DNA of 64,000 nt from an uncultured Acidobacteriota bacterium (GTDB taxonomy: Bacteria; Acidobacteriota; Vicinamibacteria; Marinacidobacterales; SMYC01). Below the pieces are notes generated by a model. The model saw only the letters and a program-made list of their open reading frames with translations, did not search any database and was not told the DNA's origin. Shown here piece after piece: positions 44,673 through 54,329 of this stretch (positions within the stretch are counted from its first letter, which is position 1; every line of letters begins with the position of its first letter). Both the position numbers and the translations under genes were made by a program. The DNA lies in contig CAMYKY010000003.1 in assembly GCA_947259165.1 (NCBI GenBank), forward strand, positions 27,262 to 91,261. Direction: 5' to 3'.

Positions 44673-45871
44673 GGTGTGGCGCCATCTCCGTTCGGCCCGT
44701 TCGGTAAAGCGATGACGAAGCAAGCGCCGTCCGAGCGCGAGGACTCCGCGAGGTGGATTTGCCCGCCTTGCGCTTCGATCAGCTTGCGTGCGATAGCGAG
44801 ACCGAGTCCGGTGCCGCGTGGTTTGGTCGTGAAGAACGGCTCGAACAGTCGAGCGCGAGCGTCCGAGGGGACGCCGGGCCCATCGTCCTCCACGAGGATT
44901 CGAAGCTGGTCTGTCGCCTCCTCGAGCCGAATCGTGATCGTGCCTCCCGACGGCATGGCCTGAATGCCGTTGAGGACGACGTTGAGCAGCGCTTGCTGCA
45001 CCTGGGACGCATCGACTCGGATGTCCGGTAGTGTCGACGCGCTCTCGGTCACAATGGATACCGAGTGGCGGGACGCTTCTTGGGAGCAAAGTGTTTTCAG
45101 CGAAGCTGCGACGTCGCGAAGGTCGCTCGGCTCGCGTACCGGCTTGGGGGTGCGCGCGAACTGAAGGAACTCGTTCACGATGTGCTCGAGCTGGTTCAGC
45201 TCTTTGTGAACAATCTCCGCGAACTCTTGTTTGTCGTTTCCTGGAGACGATTCCGCGAACAATATCTCGAGCGACGCTTTGATGGACGCGAGCGGGTTTT
45301 TGATCTCGTGCGCGAGCCCGGCAGAGAGCTCGCCGAGTGCTTTGAGCCGATCCGCTCGCCGCAGTTGTTCGAAGCTCTCTTGAAGCTGCGTGTACGCTTC
45401 GGCGAGCTCGCGCGCGGTGCGCTCCTGGTGCTCGCGAGAGCGCCGCTCGGATTCGGCCAACAGCCCCACCACGACAGCGACCACCTGGAACATGACGAGC
45501 TCCGCGTATTGAGCCTGCATGTACTCGTCGTGGACGCCCAGCATCTCGCCCCAATCCAAGACGATGTGAGGCAGATAGCTGGCCGCCGAAAGAATCGAGG
45601 TCGCGAGCGCTCCCCGGAGGCCGAACCAGTGCGCCGCAGCGAAGATCGGCAGGTAGTAGAGACGCTGGTAGACGTTGTGGAGCCCGATCGCTTCCACCGA
45701 GGTGAGATGATGGGCTAGGGCGGTGGCCGCGACGGCTCCCCCGATAAACACCAGCCTCCACAGCGTTGCGCCCGACGAGGGCCCGACGACGCCTGGGGTT
45801 CGAGCGTCCATTGTTTTCGTCATCCCGTCCACGGTCGTCCTCTCGAGCTCGACTTGCAAGGTGTGCGCCAT
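44669..45871 (-). CDS. Sensor histidine kinase with polytopic membrane N-terminal domain
   Basis: H-box LSAGLAHEIKNPL and N/G boxes (NVVLNGIQAM, DDGPGV, GTGLGLAI). The N-terminal approx. 120 aa are hydrophobic and His-containing, with no large periplasmic loop. Confidence 0.88.
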   Translation of the reverse strand: MAHTLQVELERTTVDGMTKTMDARTPGVVGPSSGATLWRLVFIGGAVAATALAHHLTSVEAIGLHNVYQRLYYLPIFAAAHWFGLRGALATSILSAASYLPHIVLDWGEMLGVHDEYMQAQYAELVMFQVVAVVVGLLAESERRSREHQERTARELAEAYTQLQESFEQLRRADRLKALGELSAGLAHEIKNPLASIKASLEILFAESSPGNDKQEFAEIVHKELNQLEHIVNEFLQFARTPKPVREPSDLRDVAASLKTLCSQEASRHSVSIVTESASTLPDIRVDASQVQQALLNVVLNGIQAMPSGGTITIRLEEATDQLRILVEDDGPGVPSDARARLFEPFFTTKPRGTGLGLAIARKLIEAQGGQIHLAESSRSDGACFVIALPNGPNGDGATP

Positions 45872-45929
45872 GGCGGCAACGCAGCGTTCGCAAACACTTG
45901 CGATCTAAGCCTCGCGCATCGCTGCTGCA

Positions 45930-45960
45930 TTTGCAACAAGCAATGATGGTTTTGCAACAA
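45930..45960 (+). promoter_or_regulatory. Candidate enhancer sites upstream of the cus promoter
   Basis: Direct repeat TTTGCAACAA at 45930-45939 and 45951-45960 (21-bp phasing), about 75-105 nt upstream of the -24 element. A further inverted repeat TCGCAA-N4-TTGCGA lies at 45888-45903. Confidence 0.4.
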
Positions 45961-46034
45961 ATCGACGGTGTGGATTTACTCGTAAATCGAGCGCAAGCCC
46001 TTCTAAACAAGTTACTTGGGCGGATACGGCGCCT

Positions 46035-46050
46035 TGGCTCGAATCTTGCC
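46035..46050 (+). promoter_or_regulatory. Sigma54 -24/-12 promoter in front of cusC
   Basis: TGGCTCGAATCTTGCC with exact GG-N10-GC spacing, 16 nt before ATG 46066 and divergent from the sigma54 two-component operon. Confidence 0.58.
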
Positions 46051-46065
46051 AATAGAGACTACAGT

Positions 46066-47400
46066 ATGTGCTGGCAGAGAATTGGCCTGTGGTCGATTGG
46101 GTTGTGCATGATTGCGTCGCTGGGTGCCGCTCACGCCGACTCACGGCAGGATGAGGTCGACAACGAAATCGCGACTCCGGAGTTCTACGCTCCCGAGGAC
46201 ACGCTTCGGGCCTATGTGAGCGAGGCGCTCGACAAGAATCCGGCCATCCAGGAAACGTTGGGCCGATATCGAGCTTCGCTCGAAAGGGTCGACCAGGTCG
46301 ACACGCTGCCCGATCCGGTATTCACCTTCGTGCAAGCAATCCGAAGCGTCGAGACGCGAGTCGGCCCACAGATCAACACGTTCTCCTTCTCCCAGAGATT
46401 CCCGTGGTTCGGCAACCTGGACCTCAAGGGGCAGGTCGTGATGCAGGAAGCGCTCGCGGAGCATCAAATGTATCGGGCGCGTCAACAGGATGTCATCGCG
46501 CGCACCAAGCGCGCGTACTACGAGCTTGCCTACATCGATGCCGCCATCGGGATCACGCGTGAAGAGCAATCGCTGCTCGAGCACTACGAGGCGCTGGCCC
46601 AGACCCGGTACGCGACCGGCCAGGGACTCCAGCAGTCCGTGATCAAACTGCAGGCCGAGATCACACGGGTCGTGAATCGACTCGAGATTCTCGGGCAGCA
46701 ACGCCACTCAGTCGAGGCGAGGTTGAACACGTTGGTGGACCACGCTCCCGAGCGCCCCATCCCGGCAATCGCACAGCCGAGGCTCCCCGACGTCGAGATC
46801 GATCTCGAAGAGCTCTACGCGTTGGGCCTCGACAACCGGCACGAGCTCAAAGCCACCGAAGAGCGCATGCGTAAGAGCGAGAAAGCGATCGAGCTTGCCG
46901 AGCGGGATGGCTGGCCCGACTTTTTCGTTGGCGTGGGTTATATCAACGTCGGCGATCGATCGGATGCGGCGGGAATCGCCATGCCGCCGCCCGACAACGG
47001 TAGAAACGCACTGAGTTTCTCCGCCGGCATCACCCTGCCGATCTATCGGGACAAGTACGATGCCGCCACGCGTGAGGCGAGTGAGACGCTCGTTGCCGAG
47101 CGCAGCAACTACGCCAACATCCAGAATGAGATGGAGTTCTCGATCCGTGATGAGGCGGTACGCTTCGAGACACTCCGCGAGCAGATTCGCCTGTTCGAAC
47201 AGGCATTGATCCCGCAATCCGAGGAAGCGCTTCGCTCCACCGAATCGGCCTACGAGACGGGACAGTTGGGTGTGTTGGACCTTCTCGATAGCGAGCGCAT
47301 GCTCTTGGGCGTGCGACTAGTGAACGCGCGCTATTACACGGACGTGTTGGTGGCGCTCGCGAATCTCGAACGGGCTGTTGGAACGAGATTTCCTAGATGA
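46066..47400 (+). CDS. cusC: Outer-membrane efflux protein (TolC/CusC family)
   Basis: ATG 46066 gives the signal peptide MCWQRIGLWSIGLCMIASLGAAHA. Two OEP repeats. First gene of the RND operon. Confidence 0.78.
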   Translation: MCWQRIGLWSIGLCMIASLGAAHADSRQDEVDNEIATPEFYAPEDTLRAYVSEALDKNPAIQETLGRYRASLERVDQVDTLPDPVFTFVQAIRSVETRVGPQINTFSFSQRFPWFGNLDLKGQVVMQEALAEHQMYRARQQDVIARTKRAYYELAYIDAAIGITREEQSLLEHYEALAQTRYATGQGLQQSVIKLQAEITRVVNRLEILGQQRHSVEARLNTLVDHAPERPIPAIAQPRLPDVEIDLEELYALGLDNRHELKATEERMRKSEKAIELAERDGWPDFFVGVGYINVGDRSDAAGIAMPPPDNGRNALSFSAGITLPIYRDKYDAATREASETLVAERSNYANIQNEMEFSIRDEAVRFETLREQIRLFEQALIPQSEEALRSTESAYETGQLGVLDLLDSERMLLGVRLVNARYYTDVLVALANLERAVGTRFPR

Positions 47401-47410
47401 AGGAACCGTC

Positions 47411-48910
47411 ATGAAGAAGACAGTCGTCACCGGTCTCATCACGTTCGTTCTCGGGATGGGTCTCGCCGCGATGGTGTTGACGAACCCGTTCCGCTGGGAG
47501 TGGATGCACCTGTTTGGTCACGCGGTGATGGATCCGGTCGATGCCGGGACCGGCCAGCTGTGGACGTGCGGCATGCACCCACAAGTGCTGCAGGACGGGC
47601 CAGGAACGTGCCCCATCTGCGGGATGGATCTCGTACCCGTCCCAGGGACCGAGTCGGCCGCGGCCGACCTTCCCGGCTCGCCGCCTGACGGTGAGCGCAA
47701 GGTCAAGTATTGGCAGGCTCCGATGGACCCGACCTACATCCGAGACGAACCCGGAAAATCGCCCATGGGCATGGATCTCGTCCCGGTCTACGAAGACGAA
47801 GACGAAGATTTCGGGCCGGGGGTGATACGTATCGATCCGGTTTTCGTACAGAACATCGGCGTTCAATCCGAGCTCGTCCAACGGACCGACATCCCGTTCA
47901 CCATCCGAACCGTGGGCACGACGGCCTACGACGACAATCAGATTGCCTGGGTCAATACGAAATACGAGGGCTGGATCGAGAACGTCTACGTGAACTACGT
48001 GGGCGAGCCCGTGGAAGAAGGGCAGAAGCTCTTCGAGATCTATAGCCCGCAGCTCGTCACCACTCAGAAGGAATACCTCCAGGCACTGGACTATGCGGAA
48101 AAGATGGAGAGCTCCGACTATCCCGAGATCGAAAGGCGCGCCAAGTCTCTGCTCGCGTCGAGCCGGGAACGGCTATCGTATTGGGATGTTTCCGAAGAAC
48201 AGATACGAGCGCTCGAAACCACGCGCGAGCTGCGCCGAACCCTCGCGGTGGTGGCGCCCGTGGGCGGCGTCGTCGTCGAGAAGATGGATCACGCGCTCGA
48301 CGGCATGTTCGTCAAAGCGGGGATGAATCTCTACAAGATCGTGGACCTTTCTTCGATTTTCTTGGAGGCGACCGTCTACGAGCACCAAGTGCCGTGGCTT
48401 CGTGTCGGTACGCGCGCTCGCATCGATCTTCCCTACGCGCCGGGAAGGACGTTGACCGGGCGCATTCGCTATCTCTATCCGTTTTTCGACGAGAAGACCC
48501 GAACGATGAAAGTCTCGATCGAGCTTCCAAACCCCGGCGGACGGTTGCGCGCGGACATGTACGCCAACGTAACGTTCGACGTGCCTGCCGCCAAAGACGT
48601 GCTCACCGCGCCCGAAGAAGCGGTCATCCATAGCGGCGCCCGCGACGTCATCGTGCTCGATCGCGGCAACGGAACCTTCGAAGCGAGAGACGTGACGCTC
48701 GGGGTCAACGGCAGCGGGTTGTGGGAAGTGAAACAGGGCCTGGAAGACGGAGACCGCGTCGTCGTCTCGGCGCAATTCCTCATCGATTCGGAGAGCACGC
48801 TCAAGGAAGCGATCCGGAAACTAGTTGCGCGCGAAAGCGAAGCCGACGCCCCGGAAGCGGACGATGTCTCCGAGGAAGCACCCATGGAAATGCCGGGCCA
48901 CATCCACTAG
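47411..48910 (+). CDS. cusB: RND periplasmic adaptor (CusB-like) with N-terminal heavy-metal-binding domains
   Basis: ATG 47411. WTCGMHPQVLQDGPGTCPICGMDLVP metal-binding motif plus a second degenerate copy. HlyD/MFP beta-barrel and lipoyl-like blocks. Confidence 0.85.
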   Translation: MKKTVVTGLITFVLGMGLAAMVLTNPFRWEWMHLFGHAVMDPVDAGTGQLWTCGMHPQVLQDGPGTCPICGMDLVPVPGTESAAADLPGSPPDGERKVKYWQAPMDPTYIRDEPGKSPMGMDLVPVYEDEDEDFGPGVIRIDPVFVQNIGVQSELVQRTDIPFTIRTVGTTAYDDNQIAWVNTKYEGWIENVYVNYVGEPVEEGQKLFEIYSPQLVTTQKEYLQALDYAEKMESSDYPEIERRAKSLLASSRERLSYWDVSEEQIRALETTRELRRTLAVVAPVGGVVVEKMDHALDGMFVKAGMNLYKIVDLSSIFLEATVYEHQVPWLRVGTRARIDLPYAPGRTLTGRIRYLYPFFDEKTRTMKVSIELPNPGGRLRADMYANVTFDVPAAKDVLTAPEEAVIHSGARDVIVLDRGNGTFEARDVTLGVNGSGLWEVKQGLEDGDRVVVSAQFLIDSESTLKEAIRKLVARESEADAPEADDVSEEAPMEMPGHIH

Positions 48911-48932
48911 CGCTTCGGGCGCCGGACCTAAC

Positions 48933-51900
48933 ATGCTAGAAAAGATCATCGACTGGTCGATCGAGAACAAGTTTTTGGTCGTCCTTGCAACGATCTTGAT
49001 CGCCTTCTGGGGCTATTACTCGCTCCGAACCACGCCCCTAGACGCCATCCCCGACCTCTCGGACGTTCAAGTCATCATCTTCACCGAGTTCCCGGGACAA
49101 GCCCCACAAGTCGTCGAGGACCAGATCACCTACCCGATCACGACCCAGATGCTCGCCGTCCCCTTCGCCAAGGTCGTTCGCGGCTACTCGTTCTTCGGGT
49201 TCTCGTTCGTGTACGTCATCTTCGAAGACGGGACCGATATGTATTGGGCCCGAAGTCGCGTGCTCGAGTACATGAACTACGTGGGTGGCCGCCTCCCCGA
49301 AGGGGTCACGCCGACGCTCGGCCCGGATGCTACCGGTGTCGGCTGGGCGTACATGTACGCGCTCAAATCCAAGGAGCGTAGCCTCGGAGATTTGCGGAGC
49401 ATTCAGGATTGGTTCCTCAAGTACGAGCTGACTTCGGTTCCAGGTGTCTCAGAAGTCGCCGGCGTCGGCGGCTTCGTCAAGCAATACCAGATCACGGTGG
49501 ACCCGGTGAAGCTGCGGGCCTACGACATCCCCATCGGGAAGATCCGCGCCGCGGTCAAGAGGAGCAATAACGAGGTCGGTGGGCGTGTGCTCGAGATGGC
49601 GGAGACGGAGTTCATGATCCGCGGCGAAGGCTACATTCAGGACATCGACGACCTGAAGAAGGTCGCCCTCGGTGTCGACGCCAGCGGAACTCCGATCCTG
49701 CTCCGGGACGTGGGCACGGTGCAGCGAGGACCCGACATCCGGCGCGGCATCGCCGAGCTCAACGGCGAAGGGGAAGTCGTGGGCGGGGTGGTGGTGGTTC
49801 GTTACGGCGCGAACGCCTACGAAGTCATTCAACGCGTCAAGGCGAAACTGGAGGAGTTGAAACAAGGACTTCCCGACGACGTCGAGATCGTGCCGGTCTA
49901 CGATCGCACCGCGTTGATCGAGCGCTCGATTGCCACTCTGCAGGAGAAGCTCATTGAAGAGAGCGCCATCGTCGCGATCGTTTGTATCCTTTTCCTCCTT
50001 CACATTCGCTCCGCACTCGTCGTCATCCTGACGCTTCCACTCGCGATCCTGATCGCTTTCATCATCATGGGCCAGCAGGGACTGAACTCGAACATCATGT
50101 CGCTGGGCGGCATCGCCATCGCCATCGGCGCGATGGTCGACGCCGCGATCGTGATGGTGGAGAACGCTCACAAACACTTGGAGCGCGATGCGGGGAAGAA
50201 GGAGCACTGGGCGATCATTGCGGATGCCGCGAAAGAAGTCGGCCCGACGTTGTTCTATGCCCTCTTGGTCATCACCGTGTCCTTCGCGCCCGTGTTCACA
50301 CTCGAAGCGCAAGAAGGACGGCTGTTCAAGCCACTCGCGTTCACCAAAACCTACGCGATGGCGGCATCGTCGCTGCTCGCCATCACCATCGTCCCGGTCC
50401 TCATGGGGTATTGGGTTCGCGGCAAGATCCGTCCGGAGGAAAAAAACCCGATCAGCCGCATGCTCACGTTCGTGTACGACCCGGTGTTGCACCTGATCTT
50501 GCGCTTCCGATGGCCCGTGTTGGTCGTGGCGTTGCTGATCCTCATCGCCACCATCATCCCCTTGGGTCAGCTTGGTTCCGAGTTCATGCCGCCGCTGTGG
50601 GAAGGCGACCTGCTCTACATGCCGACGACGCTTCCCGGAATCTCCTCCACGAAAGCTCGTGAGCTCTTGCAGCAGACCGACAAGATCCTCCGTGAGTTCC
50701 CCGAGGTCCATCACGTGTTCGGCAAGATTGGGCGTGCCGACACCGCGACCGACCCGGCCCCGCTGTCGATGATCGAGACCACGATTATGCTCAAGCCCGA
50801 ATCGGAGTGGCGGCCAGGAATGACCCACGAGAAGCTGACCGCGGAGATGAACCAGGCGATTCAAATCCCCGGCGTCACCAACGCGTGGACGATGCCGATC
50901 AAGACCCGGATCGACATGCTGTCCACCGGCATCAAAACCCCGGTCGGCATCAAAGTGTCGGGGCCCGACCTCAACGTGCTTCAAGACATCGGCCAGGAGA
51001 TCGAAGCCGTCATTGGTCGCGTCTCTGGAACGCTATCGGTCTATTCCGAGCGCGTCATGGGTGGCAATTACCTGATCTTCTCGGTCGATCGGGACGCGAT
51101 CGCAAGGTACGGCCTCACCGTCGGGGACGTTCAAGACGTGATCCAATCGGCCATCGGCGGCATGAACATCACCACCACGGTGGAAGGTCTCGAACGCTAC
51201 CCGGTGAACCTTCGCTACAGCCGCGAGCTCCGCGACAATCTCCCATCGTTGCGCGAGATTCTCGTGCCCACCCCGATGGGCCAACACATTCCGTTGGGCA
51301 TGCTCGCTGACATCCGCATCGAGAAGGGACCGCCCGCGATCAAGACCGAGAACTCTCGGCCGAACGCGTGGGTCTACGTCGACATCACCGGCGTCGACGT
51401 CGGCACGTACGTGGCGCAAGCCCAGCAGGCCGTCGCGGACAACGTCGAGCTGCCGGCCGGCTACAACATCGCCTGGAGCGGCCAATACGAGTACATGCAG
51501 CGTGCCGAAGAGCGTCTCCGGATCGTGGTGCCGATGACGCTCGTGATCATTCTCATCATCATCTTCCTCAACACGAAATCGGTGTTCGAAACGCTCGTCG
51601 TCATGCTCGCAGTGCCTTTCTCTCTCGTGGGCGCCTTCTGGCTTCTTTGGTGGCTCGACTACAACTTGAGCATTGCCGTGTGGGTCGGCATCATCGCCCT
51701 CGCCGGGGTCAGCGCCGAGACCGGCGTCGTCATGCTGCTGTATTTGGACGGGACCTACAAAAACGCGGTTCGAGCGGGACGCATGCGCCACCGACGCGAT
51801 CTCGTCGAGGCCGTCTACCAGGGCGCCGTCACGAGAGTACGACCGAAGCTGATGACCGCCGTCACCACGACCGCCGGGCTCCTGCCGATCATGTGGAGCC

Positions 51901-52046
51901 AAGGCACCGGGGCGGACGTCATGAAACGGATCGCGACGCCCATGGTGGGCGGTATGGTGAGCTCGGTCGCCGTCGTGCTGCTCGTGTATCCCGCGATCTA
52001 CTACATCTGGAAAGGGTGGCACCTGAGCGCTGAGTCCCCGGAGTGA
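48933..52046 (+). CDS. cusA: Heavy-metal efflux RND pump, CusA/SilA type
   Basis: ATG 48933 (MLEKIIDWSIENKF). 12-TM RND architecture. TM4 signature SLGGIAIAIGAMVDAAIVMVENAHKHL matches the Cu/Ag (HME4) rather than the Czc type. Confidence 0.93.
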   Translation: MLEKIIDWSIENKFLVVLATILIAFWGYYSLRTTPLDAIPDLSDVQVIIFTEFPGQAPQVVEDQITYPITTQMLAVPFAKVVRGYSFFGFSFVYVIFEDGTDMYWARSRVLEYMNYVGGRLPEGVTPTLGPDATGVGWAYMYALKSKERSLGDLRSIQDWFLKYELTSVPGVSEVAGVGGFVKQYQITVDPVKLRAYDIPIGKIRAAVKRSNNEVGGRVLEMAETEFMIRGEGYIQDIDDLKKVALGVDASGTPILLRDVGTVQRGPDIRRGIAELNGEGEVVGGVVVVRYGANAYEVIQRVKAKLEELKQGLPDDVEIVPVYDRTALIERSIATLQEKLIEESAIVAIVCILFLLHIRSALVVILTLPLAILIAFIIMGQQGLNSNIMSLGGIAIAIGAMVDAAIVMVENAHKHLERDAGKKEHWAIIADAAKEVGPTLFYALLVITVSFAPVFTLEAQEGRLFKPLAFTKTYAMAASSLLAITIVPVLMGYWVRGKIRPEEKNPISRMLTFVYDPVLHLILRFRWPVLVVALLILIATIIPLGQLGSEFMPPLWEGDLLYMPTTLPGISSTKARELLQQTDKILREFPEVHHVFGKIGRADTATDPAPLSMIETTIMLKPESEWRPGMTHEKLTAEMNQAIQIPGVTNAWTMPIKTRIDMLSTGIKTPVGIKVSGPDLNVLQDIGQEIEAVIGRVSGTLSVYSERVMGGNYLIFSVDRDAIARYGLTVGDVQDVIQSAIGGMNITTTVEGLERYPVNLRYSRELRDNLPSLREILVPTPMGQHIPLGMLADIRIEKGPPAIKTENSRPNAWVYVDITGVDVGTYVAQAQQAVADNVELPAGYNIAWSGQYEYMQRAEERLRIVVPMTLVIILIIIFLNTKSVFETLVVMLAVPFSLVGAFWLLWWLDYNLSIAVWVGIIALAGVSAETGVVMLLYLDGTYKNAVRAGRMRHRRDLVEAVYQGAVTRVRPKLMTAVTTTAGLLPIMWSQGTGADVMKRIATPMVGGMVSSVAVVLLVYPAIYYIWKGWHLSAESPE

Positions 52047-52103
52047 GTCGGGTTCCGTCTATAATACGCACGCGGAGGTTTTGGCATGAGAAGGAGGTGC
52101 GAC

Positions 52104-52601
52104 ATGACCCACTTCGTCGCCCGATTGGCCGTGCCGGCCGTCATCTTGTTGATCGTCGCGATGGTGCCCGCCTGCAACACCGCGCCCGAAGAGTGTGAAG
52201 TGTGCCACCGGCCGATGCACGCGGAGACGTACTACGAGGTCCACCTCGAAAACGGAGACACGCGAGCGCTCTGTTGCCCGCGTTGCGGTCTGCGCTTTCA
52301 GCAAGAGCGCGAGGACGTCGCTTACGCGGAAGTGGCCGACTATGCGACGAAGCAGGTCTTCAACACGGCCGACGCCTACTTCGTCGAGGACAGTGAGGTC
52401 CACGCTTGCGCCCACTCACGTGTCCAAGAGGATCGGTCCGGTACGCAATATCAAGTCGCCTGGGACCGCTGCCTTCCCAGCTTGGTCGCGTTCGACTCGC
52501 GTGATACCGCCGAAGATTTTCGGAAAACGCGCGGCGGCGTGATCAAGACCTACGACGAGCTCGTTGCCGAGCTTGCGCTCGCACCCAAACCGATCCGATA
52601 G
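52104..52601 (+). CDS. NosL-like metal-binding lipoprotein
   Basis: Lipobox (LIVAMVPAC). CEVCHRPM...LCCPRCG cysteine pairs. NosL-like core (VADYATKQVFNTADAYFVED...PSLVAFDSRDTAEDFRKTRGGVIKTYDEL). AGGAGG upstream. Confidence 0.55.
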   Translation: MTHFVARLAVPAVILLIVAMVPACNTAPEECEVCHRPMHAETYYEVHLENGDTRALCCPRCGLRFQQEREDVAYAEVADYATKQVFNTADAYFVEDSEVHACAHSRVQEDRSGTQYQVAWDRCLPSLVAFDSRDTAEDFRKTRGGVIKTYDELVAELALAPKPIR

Positions 52602-52626
52602 TCTCGGGCGCGTATAGACTCTTTCG

Positions 52627-54081
52627 ATGTCTAGAGTCGCTCGCTACACGATTGCAGTGTTGCTTTGCGGATCCGCCGGAGTCGTCCTCGCGGCTGAGTC
52701 CGCGGACGACACCGTCGACAACACGCTGACCAACGCCCGTGCCGCGGACGGGAGCTACATCGCGTGGCGCGAGCACATCATCGACGACCCCGAGCTGAGC
52801 GGTGTCGAGCTCTCGGGAAGCGACGGCCTGGCGATGGCCGACCTCGACGGCGACGGCTTCGAAGATATCGTGTCGGTGCACGAATCCGACACCGTCTACG
52901 ACGGCAAACCGGTTGGCCACGTACGTATCGCGTGGGGAAGCGACGATCCCGATCGTTGGGAGCTGTCGACGCTGGCCTCGGGGCCCGAAGCCGCTGCTGC
53001 TGAAGACGTTGCCATCGCGGACGCGAACGGCGACGGCCGTCCCGACGTGGTGGTCGCGTGTGAGCTCGCACACCTGATCTATTTTCAGAACCCAGGACGG
53101 AGGCCCCGCACGACGGAATGGCCGCGCGTCATCCCCCCGATCGCCGATGAGCGCGGCTCTTACATCCGCGTTTTCTTCGGAGACTTCGACGGCTCCGGTC
53201 GGCCCGCGGTCGTCGCCGCCAACAAAGGCGATCAGAACCCCGCGATGGAAACGGCGGACCGGGACAGCATCTCGATCTACTTACTCCCCGACGACCCGCT
53301 AGACGGCGGCCGATGGCGCGAGCAAGTCCTGGGCAAAGTGCGCATCCCCATCAACTCGCAACCCGTCGATCTCGATGGAGACGGCGACCTCGACGTGGTC
53401 GGCGGCGCACGCGGCGAGCGCCGGATCCTGTGGTTCGAGAATAGGGGAGAGTTGCGTTTCGAGGAGCACCGGATCGATCTCGTCGGCACTACCGGCGAAG
53501 GCCGCCGACTCGACGGGTTCAACATGGACTATGCGGATCTCGACGGAGACGGCCGACTCGACATCGTTTCGAACGAAACGCCCGGCTACTTGGTGTGGCT
53601 GCGACAACCGGAGTCATTCGACGCACCGTGGCACTACATCGAGATCGGCTCGATGGTGCCCGACTCTCTCGTAAGTGTGCGCCTGTCGGATATCGACGGC
53701 GATGGCGATCAAGATATCTTCGCGGGCGCGTACAGCCGAGGACCACGCGCGGAAGACGGACCCGACGTCACCGTGAACGATCCGCTTGGCCGTATCGCTT
53801 GGTATGAGAATCCGGGACGCGATCGTGCTCGCCACTGGACCACGCACGACATCTCCCGCCGCAAGCGCGGGATGTACGACAAATGGATCGCGCGCGATCT
53901 TGACGACGACGGTGACGTCGACTTCGTCGGTACTCGCGGCAACAGCGCCCCTTATGACGGCGTGATCTGGCTGGAACAGATTCGCTCCATGACTCCGGTC
54001 GCCTCTTTCGAGTCGGCACGAGCCGTTGACAGCCAATCGATGCCGCTGCCGGCGTCAGCACCTGGCGCCGGTTCACGGTAG
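52627..54081 (+). CDS. FG-GAP/VCBS repeat (integrin-alpha-like beta-propeller) protein, secreted
   Basis: 484 aa with a signal peptide. Repeated Ca-binding D-x-D-G-D-G-x-x-D motifs (DLDGDGFEDIV, DANGDGRPDVV, DLDGDGDLDVV, DLDGDGRLDIV, DIDGDGDQDIF, DLDDDGDVDFV). Confidence 0.8.
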   Translation: MSRVARYTIAVLLCGSAGVVLAAESADDTVDNTLTNARAADGSYIAWREHIIDDPELSGVELSGSDGLAMADLDGDGFEDIVSVHESDTVYDGKPVGHVRIAWGSDDPDRWELSTLASGPEAAAAEDVAIADANGDGRPDVVVACELAHLIYFQNPGRRPRTTEWPRVIPPIADERGSYIRVFFGDFDGSGRPAVVAANKGDQNPAMETADRDSISIYLLPDDPLDGGRWREQVLGKVRIPINSQPVDLDGDGDLDVVGGARGERRILWFENRGELRFEEHRIDLVGTTGEGRRLDGFNMDYADLDGDGRLDIVSNETPGYLVWLRQPESFDAPWHYIEIGSMVPDSLVSVRLSDIDGDGDQDIFAGAYSRGPRAEDGPDVTVNDPLGRIAWYENPGRDRARHWTTHDISRRKRGMYDKWIARDLDDDGDVDFVGTRGNSAPYDGVIWLEQIRSMTPVASFESARAVDSQSMPLPASAPGAGSR

Positions 54082-54329
54082 CAGCTCGGAATTGTTGACA
54101 AATCGGCGGTTTTTGCGTCTCATGGAAGGAGCCCCTTTCATAAGCTTTCTGTGGGCCAAATGGTCGAAATCAACCACGGCGACCGCTCGATGCGGGTCAA
54201 GGCGGAGCTGCACTAGTACCGGAGCCTCTCCAGGATGTTGGCGCCTGCGTTCGGAAACGGCAGTCGCTGTGGAAGGCGCTCGTGCTACTCACGCATGACG
54301 GTCACGGAGGCGACGGTGCTCGACTGATC

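Noticed and set aside
43266-46052. 928-aa ORF suggesting a giant fused regulator
   Set aside because: Only the last 468 codons (from ATG 44672) are protein-like. The upstream part is an out-of-frame shadow of the histidine kinase gene, which is encoded in its own frame at 44669..45871.
54082-54329. TTGACA box, AAGGAG and small ORFs (for example MVEINHGDRSMRVKAELH) downstream of the FG-GAP gene
   Set aside because: The ORFs are 18-60 codons with no recognisable domains, and the -10 element is poor. This may be degenerate sequence adjacent to the right direct repeat.
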